Shown: piece by piece, positions 31,299 to 40,769 of the stretch | Numbering within the stretch: position 1 is the first letter of the stretch | Layout: the number at the start of each line of letters is the position of its first letter | IMG/VR virus record: IMGVR_UViG_3300025280_000023 | Location: 32,001-96,000 of that record | DNA from: a virus | Reading direction: 5' to 3' (one strand) | DNA: 64,000 nt | Translations under genes and position numbers: made by a program | Notes under the pieces: generated by a model | Seen by the model: only the letters and a program-made list of their open reading frames with translations | The model's database searches: none | What the model was told of the DNA's origin: nothing

Positions 31299-31535
31299 AT
31301 GCAGCCCGAAATGAGACTCAATGTGAATTTAAAACAATGTAACAATGTAGCGTGTGACGAGTGTGAGAACACGTTCTTTAATACGGCATTCTTGATTAAA
31401 GAAGTGTCCCCGGTGGTTTCGCCCACTGGAGAAGAGATGCTCTTGCCGGTTCAAGTGTTTTCTTGTTTGTCTTGTGGACATATCAATGAAGGCTTCCTTG
31501 AGCACGTAGAGAACGCCAGCCCCGCTGCTGGGTAG
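31299..31535 (+). CDS. Zinc-ribbon protein
   Basis: CDEC...CLSCGH; AGGAG SD. Confidence 0.75.
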   Translation: MQPEMRLNVNLKQCNNVACDECENTFFNTAFLIKEVSPVVSPTGEEMLLPVQVFSCLSCGHINEGFLEHVENASPAAG

Positions 31536-31955
31536 ATGGATATTGTCAAAGACAAGGAATACCTAAAGAAGAAGTGCGATAAAGTAGAGCTTCAGCAGGG
31601 TATAAAAACAGGCAAAATCTTACTCGGTGTCCTTCAAAAGCACAAGAGTGGTATCGGTTTGGCTGCAAACCAAGTTGGAATCAATGAATCTGTCTGTGTT
31701 GTAAACGTGACAAGCCCCTTGATTCTGGTGAACCCTGGGATTACGGGCGAGTTTGGCAGCATAGTGACCGCCGAACGATGCCTTTCCTTCCCGGGTGAGT
31801 TTGTAATCACCAAAAGGCCCATGAGCATAGTCGTTGAGTGTGACTATAATGGAACAAAGAGATTTGATTCTAGAGAGGATTTGTTAGAACTCGTTTGTGT
31901 TTGCCATGAAATAGATCACTTGAACGGCATTACTATGCACGAAAGAAAAAAATAA
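31536..31955 (+). CDS. def: Peptide deformylase
   Basis: GIGLAANQVG, ERCLS (canonical EGCLS), HEIDHLNG. Confidence 0.92.
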   Translation: MDIVKDKEYLKKKCDKVELQQGIKTGKILLGVLQKHKSGIGLAANQVGINESVCVVNVTSPLILVNPGITGEFGSIVTAERCLSFPGEFVITKRPMSIVVECDYNGTKRFDSREDLLELVCVCHEIDHLNGITMHERKK

Positions 31956-31962
31956 CTTTTCT

Positions 31963-31990
31963 CTTGACTTTTAAAAATGCGTCCCCATTT
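31963..31990 (+). promoter_or_regulatory. Sigma32 (RpoH)-type heat-shock promoter
   Basis: CTTGAC-N14-CCCCATTT directly upstream of the Hsp20 gene; consensus CTTGAA-N13/14-CCCCATnT. Confidence 0.7.
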
Positions 31991-32022
31991 TATCTTTATC
32001 CTGTCATATAGGAGGAAACAAG

Positions 32023-32451
32023 ATGGGGACATATAATCTTATTAATACGCTGGATGGCTTGTTTGATAGCCTTGCCCTTGGTGAGCTAAAAAGCCCATAT
32101 AATTCATTCAATTATTGGATAGGGCCAGATCGGTATCAACCAAAACAGAAAACCGGGGGATACCCACAGTGTTCCAAAGAGAAGCTAGAAGATGGGGCTG
32201 TTTGCATCAAGATAGCAGCGCCCGGAGCTAAGAAGGAGGACTTTAACCTGGAGCTTAAGGACGGCCTGATCACGGTTTCGTGTGATCCATCGGATGAGAC
32301 GATTCTTCAGAAATTCAGCAGAGTATGGAGATTTGAGAAAGAGTTGAGTCTTGAAAACATAATCGCAAAGTATGACTCGGGAATCCTTACTCTAGAAGTA
32401 AAGAAGCCAGTTGCGGTTGATGAGGAGATCCTAAAGATTGAAGTCCTCTAA
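32023..32451 (+). CDS. Small heat-shock protein Hsp20
   Basis: APGAKKEDF..L, FSRVW, AKYDSGILTL; AGGAGG SD. Confidence 0.88.
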   Translation: MGTYNLINTLDGLFDSLALGELKSPYNSFNYWIGPDRYQPKQKTGGYPQCSKEKLEDGAVCIKIAAPGAKKEDFNLELKDGLITVSCDPSDETILQKFSRVWRFEKELSLENIIAKYDSGILTLEVKKPVAVDEEILKIEVL

Positions 32452-32453
32452 AA

Positions 32454-32768
32454 TTACATCCCTCGTTCAAAAAGTTCGTCTGCGACGGCGAGAGCGGTGG
32501 ATACGGGGCATGTTGCACCTGTTTCCTCCATGAGTTCCTCGACAGAAATTTCTTTTAACGACTCGTTGTCGTGTTCTTTTAAGATGCTTTTAACTGACTT
32601 GAATGATTCGGGATGATACCTTTCAACAAGACCATCAATAAGGTCTGCCTTTGGGGTATCATCTCGTTTTTCTTTTTTCTCTAATACGATTGATTCTATC
32701 GAACTCTTCACGAGTTGTTTTAGATCGTTTGTTTTTAGACTTAGTTCCAAAATCTTCTCCCTGCTCAA
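32454..32768 (-). CDS. Hypothetical protein
   Basis: LKQLVKSSIESIVLE helical N-terminus; start uncertain. Confidence 0.55.
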   Translation of the reverse strand: MSREKILELSLKTNDLKQLVKSSIESIVLEKKEKRDDTPKADLIDGLVERYHPESFKSVKSILKEHDNESLKEISVEELMEETGATCPVSTALAVADELFERGM

Positions 32769-33005
32769 CGCTGATCTTTATTAATCTCAAACACATGTAT
32801 AAGTATTTTATTGAAAGCTTTTTCGGCCTTTTAAATATTTGAAAAAAAGCGTAAAAGAAGGATACAAGGGAATAAAATAATAAAACAAGAGAAATCTTTA
32901 TGTTATAAAGAAAAACCCCAAGGAGCGTATTGGGTGGTATTTTTAAAAAATGAAAAATCATCCGATTGCCCATGACTTGTTTGATAATTCAATGCTATTT
33001 AAAAT

Positions 33006-33161
33006 ATGGAGCCAAAGGAATTAGTTCAGGAAACAAGAAAAAAAGCCAGCGAAATGGCTAAAGATAATGTGTGGCGGACGGATTTTCGAGTTTGTGAGCT
33101 TTTAACGGAACTGGCCGATAAGATTGAAGAGCTTGTCGCTAAGACAAGTGAGAAGTCTTAA
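33006..33161 (+). CDS. Small protein (51 aa, MEPKELVQETRKK...), not in ORF track
   Basis: CTATTTAA motif 3 nt upstream of ATG. Confidence 0.65.
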   Translation: MEPKELVQETRKKASEMAKDNVWRTDFRVCELLTELADKIEELVAKTSEKS

Positions 33162-33174
33162 TTTTACGGATTGT

Positions 33175-33540
33175 TTACTTGTCGTCTCCGCGCAATTTTT
33201 CCATGGCTTCAAGAGTCTTTTCTAATACGCTTAGACCAAGAGCCAGCTTGGAGGTTTTTTCTGACATCTCTTTCATTGTCTCCAAGGCCTTGCCAATTTC
33301 GTTTATGTTTTCTTTCATTTTAACGATTACTTGATCTAAAATAGCGAAGGGAGAGTCTTCCGCGCTTCCCGTCCTAAGTGTGATAAACCCTTCTGTATTT
33401 ATTGGCGAATCTCCTACACTCCCAATTGGCGTGGCCTGCTGACCGGCGCTAGTGGGGCTGTTTTTGGAGAGCGCCATGGCCTCTTCTCTTCTCACCTGCA
33501 AGGGCGAAACCATTCCGCTTGCGATTGGTGCTATTTTCAT
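33175..33540 (-). CDS. Hypothetical protein
   Basis: GAGG SD; helical C-terminus. Confidence 0.65.
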   Translation of the reverse strand: MKIAPIASGMVSPLQVRREEAMALSKNSPTSAGQQATPIGSVGDSPINTEGFITLRTGSAEDSPFAILDQVIVKMKENINEIGKALETMKEMSEKTSKLALGLSVLEKTLEAMEKLRGDDK

Positions 33541-33610
33541 AATATCCTCTTATGTGAAAAATCATCACGTATCTACATGATTCAAACTAATTATTACAAG
33601 GGGTACAATT

Positions 33611-34546
33611 ATGTCTAATTATAAACTTTCAGAAAAGGGTATGGGTGGGCGGACTTTTCAAAAGAAAGAAGATGATTTTCTTGCTTGGCTAAATAAGGCT
33701 TCTGATTGGACAAAGGAGCACAAACCAAGGTTCAAACCAAAGCTGCCCTCTGGATCCCCCTCATTCAAAGGCCCATTTGCCTCGCTACAATTCTCGTTTA
33801 GCCGAGACGACTATCAGTATCCGGAGTCCCTGGGAATATCCGACTTCGTTATGCAAGATGAACTTGAACCAAATTTCTGGGTAAACAACGCCCTTAAACC
33901 ACCGATTCTTCAGCGCCTGATGGTTATTACTGCCGATTTTGTCAACAGCCTGGGGCTAGACAATGTGCATATAGATGATATTATTATAACCGGCTCGATA
34001 GCAAACTATAACTGGTCTGAGTATTCCGATATTGATGTGCACATTTTATTAGACTTCGAGGATGTTGACGACAATACTGAACTTGTTAAGAAATTCTTTG
34101 ATGCAAAGCGGATGTTATGGAATAAACACCATGAAATTATGGTAAAAGGCCATGAAGTCGAAATGTACCTTCAGGATACGAAGGAAACACATGTTTCTTC
34201 CGGGGTCTATTCGCTTTTAAATGGCACGTGGGTTAAATTCCCAAAAAAAGAAGAGCCAGCGATTGATATGAAAGCAGTAGAAGAGAAAACTCTTTCGCTA
34301 ATGAAGCTAATCGACGAAGTTGGTATGTTATTTTCGAATGGGCAACACAAATCTGCCCTCGATCTTTCCAGTAAAATAAAAAATAAAGTAAAAAGGATGA
34401 GAAAAACTGGGTTGGAGAGTGTCGGCGTATACTCTTCTGAAAACTTAGCGTTTAAGGCCTTAAGAAAAAATGATTATTTGGCAAAACTCCATGAACTGTA
34501 CACTAATTCATATGATGAACTAATGTCCATGAATGGGGATGGGTAG
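33611..34546 (+). CDS. Pol-beta superfamily nucleotidyltransferase
   Basis: ITGSIANYNWSEYSDIDVH (GS...DxD), VEMY. Confidence 0.8.
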   Translation: MSNYKLSEKGMGGRTFQKKEDDFLAWLNKASDWTKEHKPRFKPKLPSGSPSFKGPFASLQFSFSRDDYQYPESLGISDFVMQDELEPNFWVNNALKPPILQRLMVITADFVNSLGLDNVHIDDIIITGSIANYNWSEYSDIDVHILLDFEDVDDNTELVKKFFDAKRMLWNKHHEIMVKGHEVEMYLQDTKETHVSSGVYSLLNGTWVKFPKKEEPAIDMKAVEEKTLSLMKLIDEVGMLFSNGQHKSALDLSSKIKNKVKRMRKTGLESVGVYSSENLAFKALRKNDYLAKLHELYTNSYDELMSMNGDG

Positions 34547-34726
34547 ATGTCACGAGCGCCCTTTGAGAAACCTAGCAAGGAACAAGTTTTAGAGTGGTAT
34601 AAAAAGGCGTGTCTTAAAGAATTAAATATTTTTGATGATCTAAATTTAATAATTCTTACATTAACAAAAATGGTATTGAGATCATGGGACATAATTGAAA
34701 AAAATGAAGATATCGGTAACAAATAA
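34547..34726 (+). CDS. Small protein (59 aa, MSRAPFEKPSKEQ...), not in ORF track
   Basis: Starts immediately after the previous stop and overlaps the next start. Confidence 0.6.
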   Translation: MSRAPFEKPSKEQVLEWYKKACLKELNIFDDLNLIILTLTKMVLRSWDIIEKNEDIGNK

Positions 34727-36908
34727 AAAAAGGAAAAAACATACGGTACTCACGGAGGTCACCGAAAAAGAGATCGAGCAGATCTCGGATTTTGTAACGG
34801 ACGTTGACCCGGAAAAGCTAGCATTTGGTAATTTGTTTGGTGATAAAATGCGTGTACTTTTAAAGTCGGATATCTCTGACAACAACAGTGTTAATACTTT
34901 ATTTAAAATCTTTAAAAAGAATGGCTATTTCGTTGATTTTATTGGAGGAAAAGCGGAGAAAACCATTAGGACCCAGCGAGGCCTCGCGAAGAGGTCGATG
35001 AAGATTGGAAAAATCTTAAATCGTGCGTCTGAGTTAATTGGGTCGTTAAATGATATAGATCCCGGGGGTACTTCCGGAGAAAGGTATCGCCTGCATGACA
35101 AACTAAAGGAACTTTTCCCAAAAATAAGTGGAGATGATTCAAGGGAAATCTTAGGGCTTAAGGATTTTTGGGAAAGCGACTCGGAAAAATACAGGAAGGA
35201 ACCAGACACACTATCTTCCAACAAAAACTTTGTCATTATTTCGAGGCATCCAATTGACATTGTAAGAATGGCTGATTTTGATGAACTTGAAACATGCCAT
35301 TCTCCGCCTTCAAGGGCCGATCATTCGTTTTTCAAATGCGCTCTTGCAGAGGCGCGAGGGATGGGCGCGGTCGCTTATCTCATGGGTGCGGAGGAGCTTT
35401 TTGAACTTACCGGCGCCTCCGATAGTCTCGAAGAGCTTCAATCAAGCCTACAGGATTATGACAATGATGAAATCTTTCGCGATGAAAGCAGGGGCGTTAA
35501 GGGTATTGAACCAAAAGCAAGAGTAAGAATACGTAGGTTTGATAGATTTGATGAAGATGAAAACCTCTCCTTTTCGCTCGCCGTCCCAGAGGTGAAAGTA
35601 TATCCGTATACCCATGGCATTCTTGGAGACAAGGTTGCTGATTGGACACGAAGTAAACAAAAAGACCTTATTGATTGGCTTAAAAACACCAAACATGGCC
35701 ACGACACCCTGTATTTGAGAGGGGGTAGCTATTCCGACAGCCCGGCAGGGGAACTCGTTGAAGACTTTGTGGGAGCCGATTTACATAAATTTAAAATTAA
35801 GCATTACGAAAAAGACGAGGATGATTTAATATCGCCACATAATCTAAGTGAAGAAAGAGTCAGAGAGGTCGTAGATGAAGTCAACGGCCGCCTAAGAAGG
35901 ATTCGTATAAACGCAACTATTTCTCTTCGCGCTAATCATCCGGATATTAACGTAAAAGCAAAAGCCTATTTTGATTTTGAAGCTTCTGAATTTATAAAAC
36001 CACTTTCAAAAGATGTGCCTCAAGACTGGCCCGGCTTCGGCGAGTTGGCGGAATTATTAGAAGAGTACAGCCTGGGGGCCGATTCCTATGCGGAAGATAT
36101 TGATAGATACGCTTTTGGAGGACAAGGCGGCGGTCAAAACCGCTTGTACGACACCAGGGAGTTTTCAGGCGCCAAAATACTGGACTATACCCCGGTTGGA
36201 GGTGGCACAGAAAAGATCTCTATTGCTCTACCACTAGTAGTGGATGGAGAGTATTTGAATACCATGGAAGAATTTGAAGAGCTTGCCGTTAGTTTTTATG
36301 ATAAAGATCTAGAAATAGAAAAGCACACCCCAATTATACGAGAATGGCTGCTTCGAGAAGGCTTCCTAAGAGGCTCCGCAATGAAAAACCTGGAATCCGA
36401 ACTTGGAAGTATTGGTATGTTTGATCTTGATTGGGATCATGCAATAGAAGAGGGTGAGTTTGGAGAGCCGCCGTATAGGATATCATTTGAGAATATAACC
36501 CATATTAAGACGCCAAACCCTGAGTATGCTGGTAAATTTATTGAGGTCGTTACTGACGAGGGCTACCAGTACGACGCCACAATAAACATTAAAAAGGCTA
36601 TCGTTAATAAGGTCTATGACAATAATAATGTTTTGCCGGGAGAGCGGTATTATCCCAATTTCGACTTGAGCGCAATGGCATATAAAACAGACCCAGCGGC
36701 GGTAGAGGTCAAGATCACCATGAGTGTACCTGACGACGCGCCCGAGTCGCTTATTAAATATATTCTAGAAATGGCTCAAACTTGGGATGATGAGGACATA
36801 GAGAATCTTATTCTTACCTCCGTTCAAGAAAGCATGTATCAGTATGTAGAGGCCAGACAAGTTAGAGAAAACTTTAATCGGTTTGACAAATTTTTTAAAA
36901 GGAGGTAA
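34704..36908 (+). CDS. Large hypothetical protein, paralog of 45198..48125
   Basis: Shared SRHPxDxxRMxD...CHS...FxCAxAExRGxGAV block; MKISVT...LTE N-tag. Confidence 0.8.
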   Translation: MKISVTNKKRKKHTVLTEVTEKEIEQISDFVTDVDPEKLAFGNLFGDKMRVLLKSDISDNNSVNTLFKIFKKNGYFVDFIGGKAEKTIRTQRGLAKRSMKIGKILNRASELIGSLNDIDPGGTSGERYRLHDKLKELFPKISGDDSREILGLKDFWESDSEKYRKEPDTLSSNKNFVIISRHPIDIVRMADFDELETCHSPPSRADHSFFKCALAEARGMGAVAYLMGAEELFELTGASDSLEELQSSLQDYDNDEIFRDESRGVKGIEPKARVRIRRFDRFDEDENLSFSLAVPEVKVYPYTHGILGDKVADWTRSKQKDLIDWLKNTKHGHDTLYLRGGSYSDSPAGELVEDFVGADLHKFKIKHYEKDEDDLISPHNLSEERVREVVDEVNGRLRRIRINATISLRANHPDINVKAKAYFDFEASEFIKPLSKDVPQDWPGFGELAELLEEYSLGADSYAEDIDRYAFGGQGGGQNRLYDTREFSGAKILDYTPVGGGTEKISIALPLVVDGEYLNTMEEFEELAVSFYDKDLEIEKHTPIIREWLLREGFLRGSAMKNLESELGSIGMFDLDWDHAIEEGEFGEPPYRISFENITHIKTPNPEYAGKFIEVVTDEGYQYDATINIKKAIVNKVYDNNNVLPGERYYPNFDLSAMAYKTDPAAVEVKITMSVPDDAPESLIKYILEMAQTWDDEDIENLILTSVQESMYQYVEARQVRENFNRFDKFFKRR

Positions 36909-36915
36909 TATGTAA

Positions 36916-37170
36916 GTGTTTAAGAATTGGATGACAGGAATTTTGATTTCGACTATTCTCTTGATGTTCACCGTCACTGAGGTGACCGGGAAAGTCCCGA
37001 GAGCTAAATTTTATGACTTTAATGAGCAACTAATAGATGGCGAAATAAAAAAGCCTACAACGCTCTATACAGATGCGAGAGATAAAGTTAAATTTGAAAG
37101 ATTGCTAAAATTGAAGAAGAGTTTTTTGAATAAATTATACAAAACAGCCAAAGAACGAGTTTTTAAGTGA
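36916..37170 (+). CDS. Secreted CglF/GltF-like gliding-motility protein
   Basis: Signal peptide; FYDFNEQLIDGEIKKP...ARDKVKFERLLKLKKSF matches the recalled DF...I.G...P....R...F..LI..R..F pattern of myxobacterial CglF. Confidence 0.65.
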   Translation: MFKNWMTGILISTILLMFTVTEVTGKVPRAKFYDFNEQLIDGEIKKPTTLYTDARDKVKFERLLKLKKSFLNKLYKTAKERVFK

Positions 37171-37556
37171 AGATCAGGCTTATTAAAGAAAAAAAGCCAA
37201 GGGATTCCAAGCTTGTCTCTAAGGGGATCCTACACGATGGGAACAATGTTTTGATCCTTAGCGGAATCGTTGGTCTTGGATGGGATCTTCCCGGTGGCCA
37301 TATACATATCGGAGAAGACCCTGTAGCGGGTCTTAAGCGCGAAGTCTATGAGGAGACCGGGCTTAACGTCGAAAATCCCGTAGAGACGCATTTTGAGGGG
37401 CATACGCACTATTATAAAGCAAGCTTGCCACCCGGAAAGATACATTTAAGCCACGAACATACCGAATATAAGCTTGTTGATTATAAAAACGTTGATAATA
37501 TAGACATGACGGATAAATTTAAGAGTGCTATAAAGAAATCAATGGAATATAGTTAA
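37167..37556 (+). CDS. NUDIX hydrolase
   Basis: Nudix box GGHIHIGEDPVAGLKREVYEETGL; LSHEH. Confidence 0.92.
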   Translation: MKIRLIKEKKPRDSKLVSKGILHDGNNVLILSGIVGLGWDLPGGHIHIGEDPVAGLKREVYEETGLNVENPVETHFEGHTHYYKASLPPGKIHLSHEHTEYKLVDYKNVDNIDMTDKFKSAIKKSMEYS

Positions 37557-37559
37557 AAA

Positions 37560-37763
37560 GTGCCTAAAGACGACAAAGACAAAACCATAAAAGAGCTTGT
37601 AGAGAAGAATAGACAATTACAAGACGAAGTAGACTCTCTTTGGATGATGTTAGATGAGATGACAAAATCCGATATTGAGAACTGGTCGAGTATCTTAGAC
37701 GAGCTTAATGCAAACGTAGCTGAGCGTATATTGATGGTTACAAAGAAAAAGGCTGACGCATGA
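37560..37763 (+). CDS. Small coiled-coil protein
   Basis: Operon overlap. Confidence 0.65.
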   Translation: MPKDDKDKTIKELVEKNRQLQDEVDSLWMMLDEMTKSDIENWSSILDELNANVAERILMVTKKKADA

Positions 37764-38314
37764 AAGACATCAACCTTTACTGTGATATGGATGGCGTTTT
37801 AGTCGATTTACACGGCGGGATTATAAAAGCCTCGTGGCTTCAAGCGAAGTCCATGAAGGATCGTATAAAAAAAATAATTGAGTCTGAATGGAAATTTGGA
37901 ATTAATCATCCTGTTCCGGAGCTTCAAGAAGCAAATTTATTTATAGACAACCTTGTTAGCAACAATGCTGCCTTTTGGGCAAATCTAGAGCCCACAAAGG
38001 AAAAGGACGAGCTTTGGGATAATATATCTAAGTTTAATCCTTCTATATTATCACATCCATGGGATAAGAGTAGCGCCGTAGGTAAAAACATTTGGCTTCG
38101 CAGGCATCTTAATCCGGGACCCAGGGAGATATTTTTACCTTTAGATGGTAAGAAACATCTTTGGGCATCTAGCGACGATGGCAAAATCAATATCCTCATT
38201 GATGATTTTGAAAAATACGTGATCCCTTGGAACAATGCAGGCGGCATTTGTATACATCACACTACTGGTGATGCCGAGTCTAGCATAAGCGCTTTAAATA
38301 ATATTCTTTCTTAA
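37760..38314 (+). CDS. HAD-family 5'(3')-deoxyribonucleotidase
   Basis: DMDGVLVD, FWANL, GKNIW, LIDD, WNNAGG. Confidence 0.88.
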   Translation: MKDINLYCDMDGVLVDLHGGIIKASWLQAKSMKDRIKKIIESEWKFGINHPVPELQEANLFIDNLVSNNAAFWANLEPTKEKDELWDNISKFNPSILSHPWDKSSAVGKNIWLRRHLNPGPREIFLPLDGKKHLWASSDDGKINILIDDFEKYVIPWNNAGGICIHHTTGDAESSISALNNILS

Positions 38315-38319
38315 AGCAG

Positions 38320-38349
38320 AAGGCCCCCTCCGTTTCCAGAGGGGGCCTT
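38320..38349. terminator. Hairpin between convergent genes (terminator)
   Basis: AAGGCCCCCTC/GAGGGGGCCTT 11-bp stem; T-rich flank on the minus strand. Confidence 0.75.
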
Positions 38350-38385
38350 AAAGACTCTAAAAAGAGTCACCCTAAAAGGGCTAGG

Positions 38386-40674
38386 CTATTCGCCAGACAT
38401 CTTGTCTAGTTTAGCCGTTAGTTTCTCAATCTGGCTCTGTTGTTCCTTAACAGCCTCTACGAGAACGGAAGCAACGCGGCTGTAGTCTACACCCTTAGCC
38501 TCGCCGTTTTCGTCCATCTGGCAGATTTCAGGAAGAACGTCTCCTACCTCTTGAGCAATGAAACCAAGGTCAGACGCTTTGTCTTCTTTCCAGTCGAAAG
38601 ATACGCCACGAATCTTCTTGATCTTCTCAATCGGGTCGGAAACCGTCTTGATGTTTTCCTTGAGGTTAACATCAGAATGGCAAACCCAAGCTTTACAAAT
38701 AGCTCTGTGGGAGGTCCCAAGAGCAAATTTGATGTCGCTGGCCATGCTAGACATATCAAGACTATCGAATTTCATAGTCGAAAATTCCATAGTCGTGAAC
38801 TTACCAGCTTTGGCCGTAGTTTGACCAATTGCAACACCGTCTATAGTACCGTCACCAGCGGAGTCCGTAAGGGCCACGTTGGTGGTAGCAGTCAAGTCAG
38901 TGAACGTACCAGCAGCAGCGGTACTGGCACCAATAACAACTTGGTCCATAGCGCCCGCGCCGTTTACATAAAGTCCATCCCACTTTCTCGTAGAACTACC
39001 AAGCCTTTGGGTGCCATCAGCAGCCGCAATAAGGTCGGAGTTAATCAAGGCGTTAACAACCAGAGTGTCATCAGTGCTGGCACCGATAGTTACATCGTCG
39101 TTAGCAGTTAGATTAGTGAACGTACCAGCAGCAGGAGCGCTGCCACCGATTGTAGCACCGTCCATAGTGCCACCGTTAATATCAGCAGTGGTAGCAACCA
39201 AACTTGCAGCAGTGGTTACACCGGCTGGACTGATCGCAAGAGCGTCAGTGCCGTCACTCTGTTCAACGAGGAACATGTTTGCAGACTGTCCACTGGCTCC
39301 CTTAACAGCAAGCGTTACTTCAGCAGCAGTATCACCTTCGATTGTAACACCCGCATTAACGGCGAGCGAATCGTTGGCAGTCAAAGCCGTGAATGTACCA
39401 GCAGCAGCGGTAGTACCGCCGACCACACTGCTATCGACAGAACCACCGCTAATGGTTAGATCCTGATCAATATACGCATTAGCAATGGAAGAACCCTGCC
39501 ATACGCCAGTGCCAATCGTTCCAACTGAAGTCAGACTTGAAGCCACAACTGCACTACCAAGACCAGTAGCGCTAAGCGTATCGACGCCGTTGATCTGATA
39601 GGTCTTGCCGGTGAGAATATCAATACCAGCAGAAGACTTCCAGTCACCGTCACTTTGAAGGGTCCAAGAGGCATCGCTATCGGTACCCTTAACAGTAAGA
39701 CCAGCGCCAGCGGCAGTAGCCAAGTTGCTCGCACCATTAGTCGAACCCGAAAGAGCGTTCAAGGTGATGTTCTTATCTTCAACTGCGTATTCGGCAACAT
39801 TGAAGTAAGATAGCTCACCGTGAACGGCAAGGTCGCCTTCGATAGTGGCATTACCAGCAACAGCTAGAGTCGATTGGCAAGCAACAGCACCACTGAAGCT
39901 TCTAGGGCCCGGAATAACAGACTTAAGCTGAAGCTTATTGCTTGAGATCTCAAGGCCGTTAGCGGAAGAAGCTAAGTCAATGGCAAGCACGTTGCTGCTT
40001 AGAGCAAGACCGTCACCATCAACACCGCTCTTAAGCTGAATCTCGTCACCGGAGATTTGAAAAGACGTGCTGTTTACGTTAACGGAAAGCGCGCTACCAC
40101 CACCACCAGCGAGACCATCGCCGGCAACAGAAGTGTTTAGGTGGCTCTCGGTAATACCGGAGGCCTTAACACGCATAGCATCACTGTCAGTTTCAATCGT
40201 TGAATCGTCAACGTTAACCTTGAGCGCATGGCTGGCTAGAGACAGGCCATCACCGGCTGAACCAGCCGCAAACTGAAGCTCGTCAGAGTCGTACTGAAAT
40301 GACGTGCTGTTTGCATTAGCAGCCATAACGCCATTGGCAGCCGAAAGACCAGTGCCAGCCATTGCAGTAGCAAGGTCAGCAAAGCTTTCTTTCTTTAACT
40401 TGTCGCTTTCGCTAGCATCGACAAATGCAAAGCTATCGTTTGCAACGTCAACCACCGCTCCACCTAGCCACGCTGAAGAGTCGTCAATGTAGCTTGCAGA
40501 GTGCATAATTTCGGACTTTTGATCGTCCTCAGACATATTTGTTCCTACAAGGTAGAGTCTTGCCTCAGATCCTGCGGCCTCAGCCCAGATCTTAACACTA
40601 CCAGAGGCATTCGTCGGCTGATCGCTGCTCGTTAAGACAGCAAAGTCGGCCGATAATCCATAAGAAGTTCCCAT
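38386..40674 (-). CDS. Fibre/tail-associated protein with C-terminal peptidase S74 intramolecular chaperone
   Basis: Ala/Gly/Ser/Thr-rich repeats (AGDGL, GGTIDG..IG..TAAAGTFT); SDVNLKENI...IRGVSFDW...GFIAQEV...LVEAVKE. Confidence 0.85.
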   Translation of the reverse strand: MGTSYGLSADFAVLTSSDQPTNASGSVKIWAEAAGSEARLYLVGTNMSEDDQKSEIMHSASYIDDSSAWLGGAVVDVANDSFAFVDASESDKLKKESFADLATAMAGTGLSAANGVMAANANSTSFQYDSDELQFAAGSAGDGLSLASHALKVNVDDSTIETDSDAMRVKASGITESHLNTSVAGDGLAGGGGSALSVNVNSTSFQISGDEIQLKSGVDGDGLALSSNVLAIDLASSANGLEISSNKLQLKSVIPGPRSFSGAVACQSTLAVAGNATIEGDLAVHGELSYFNVAEYAVEDKNITLNALSGSTNGASNLATAAGAGLTVKGTDSDASWTLQSDGDWKSSAGIDILTGKTYQINGVDTLSATGLGSAVVASSLTSVGTIGTGVWQGSSIANAYIDQDLTISGGSVDSSVVGGTTAAAGTFTALTANDSLAVNAGVTIEGDTAAEVTLAVKGASGQSANMFLVEQSDGTDALAISPAGVTTAASLVATTADINGGTMDGATIGGSAPAAGTFTNLTANDDVTIGASTDDTLVVNALINSDLIAAADGTQRLGSSTRKWDGLYVNGAGAMDQVVIGASTAAAGTFTDLTATTNVALTDSAGDGTIDGVAIGQTTAKAGKFTTMEFSTMKFDSLDMSSMASDIKFALGTSHRAICKAWVCHSDVNLKENIKTVSDPIEKIKKIRGVSFDWKEDKASDLGFIAQEVGDVLPEICQMDENGEAKGVDYSRVASVLVEAVKEQQSQIEKLTAKLDKMSGE

Positions 40675-40769
40675 TTTTTATTGTTCCTTATTTTTAAAAA
40701 ATGTTTAGCGGAGCCCATTCTCCGCGTCTTCTAAATAGGGGACGGCTCTGCAGTTGGCCTACTTAAATT

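Noticed and set aside
32659-32973. 104-aa minus-strand ORF
   Set aside because: Overlaps 32454..32768 by 110 nt, lies in AT-rich sequence and has no clear SD; not supported, though not excluded
38440-40492. Several plus-strand ORFs over the fibre gene
   Set aside because: Antisense shadows of a codon-biased gene; no motifs
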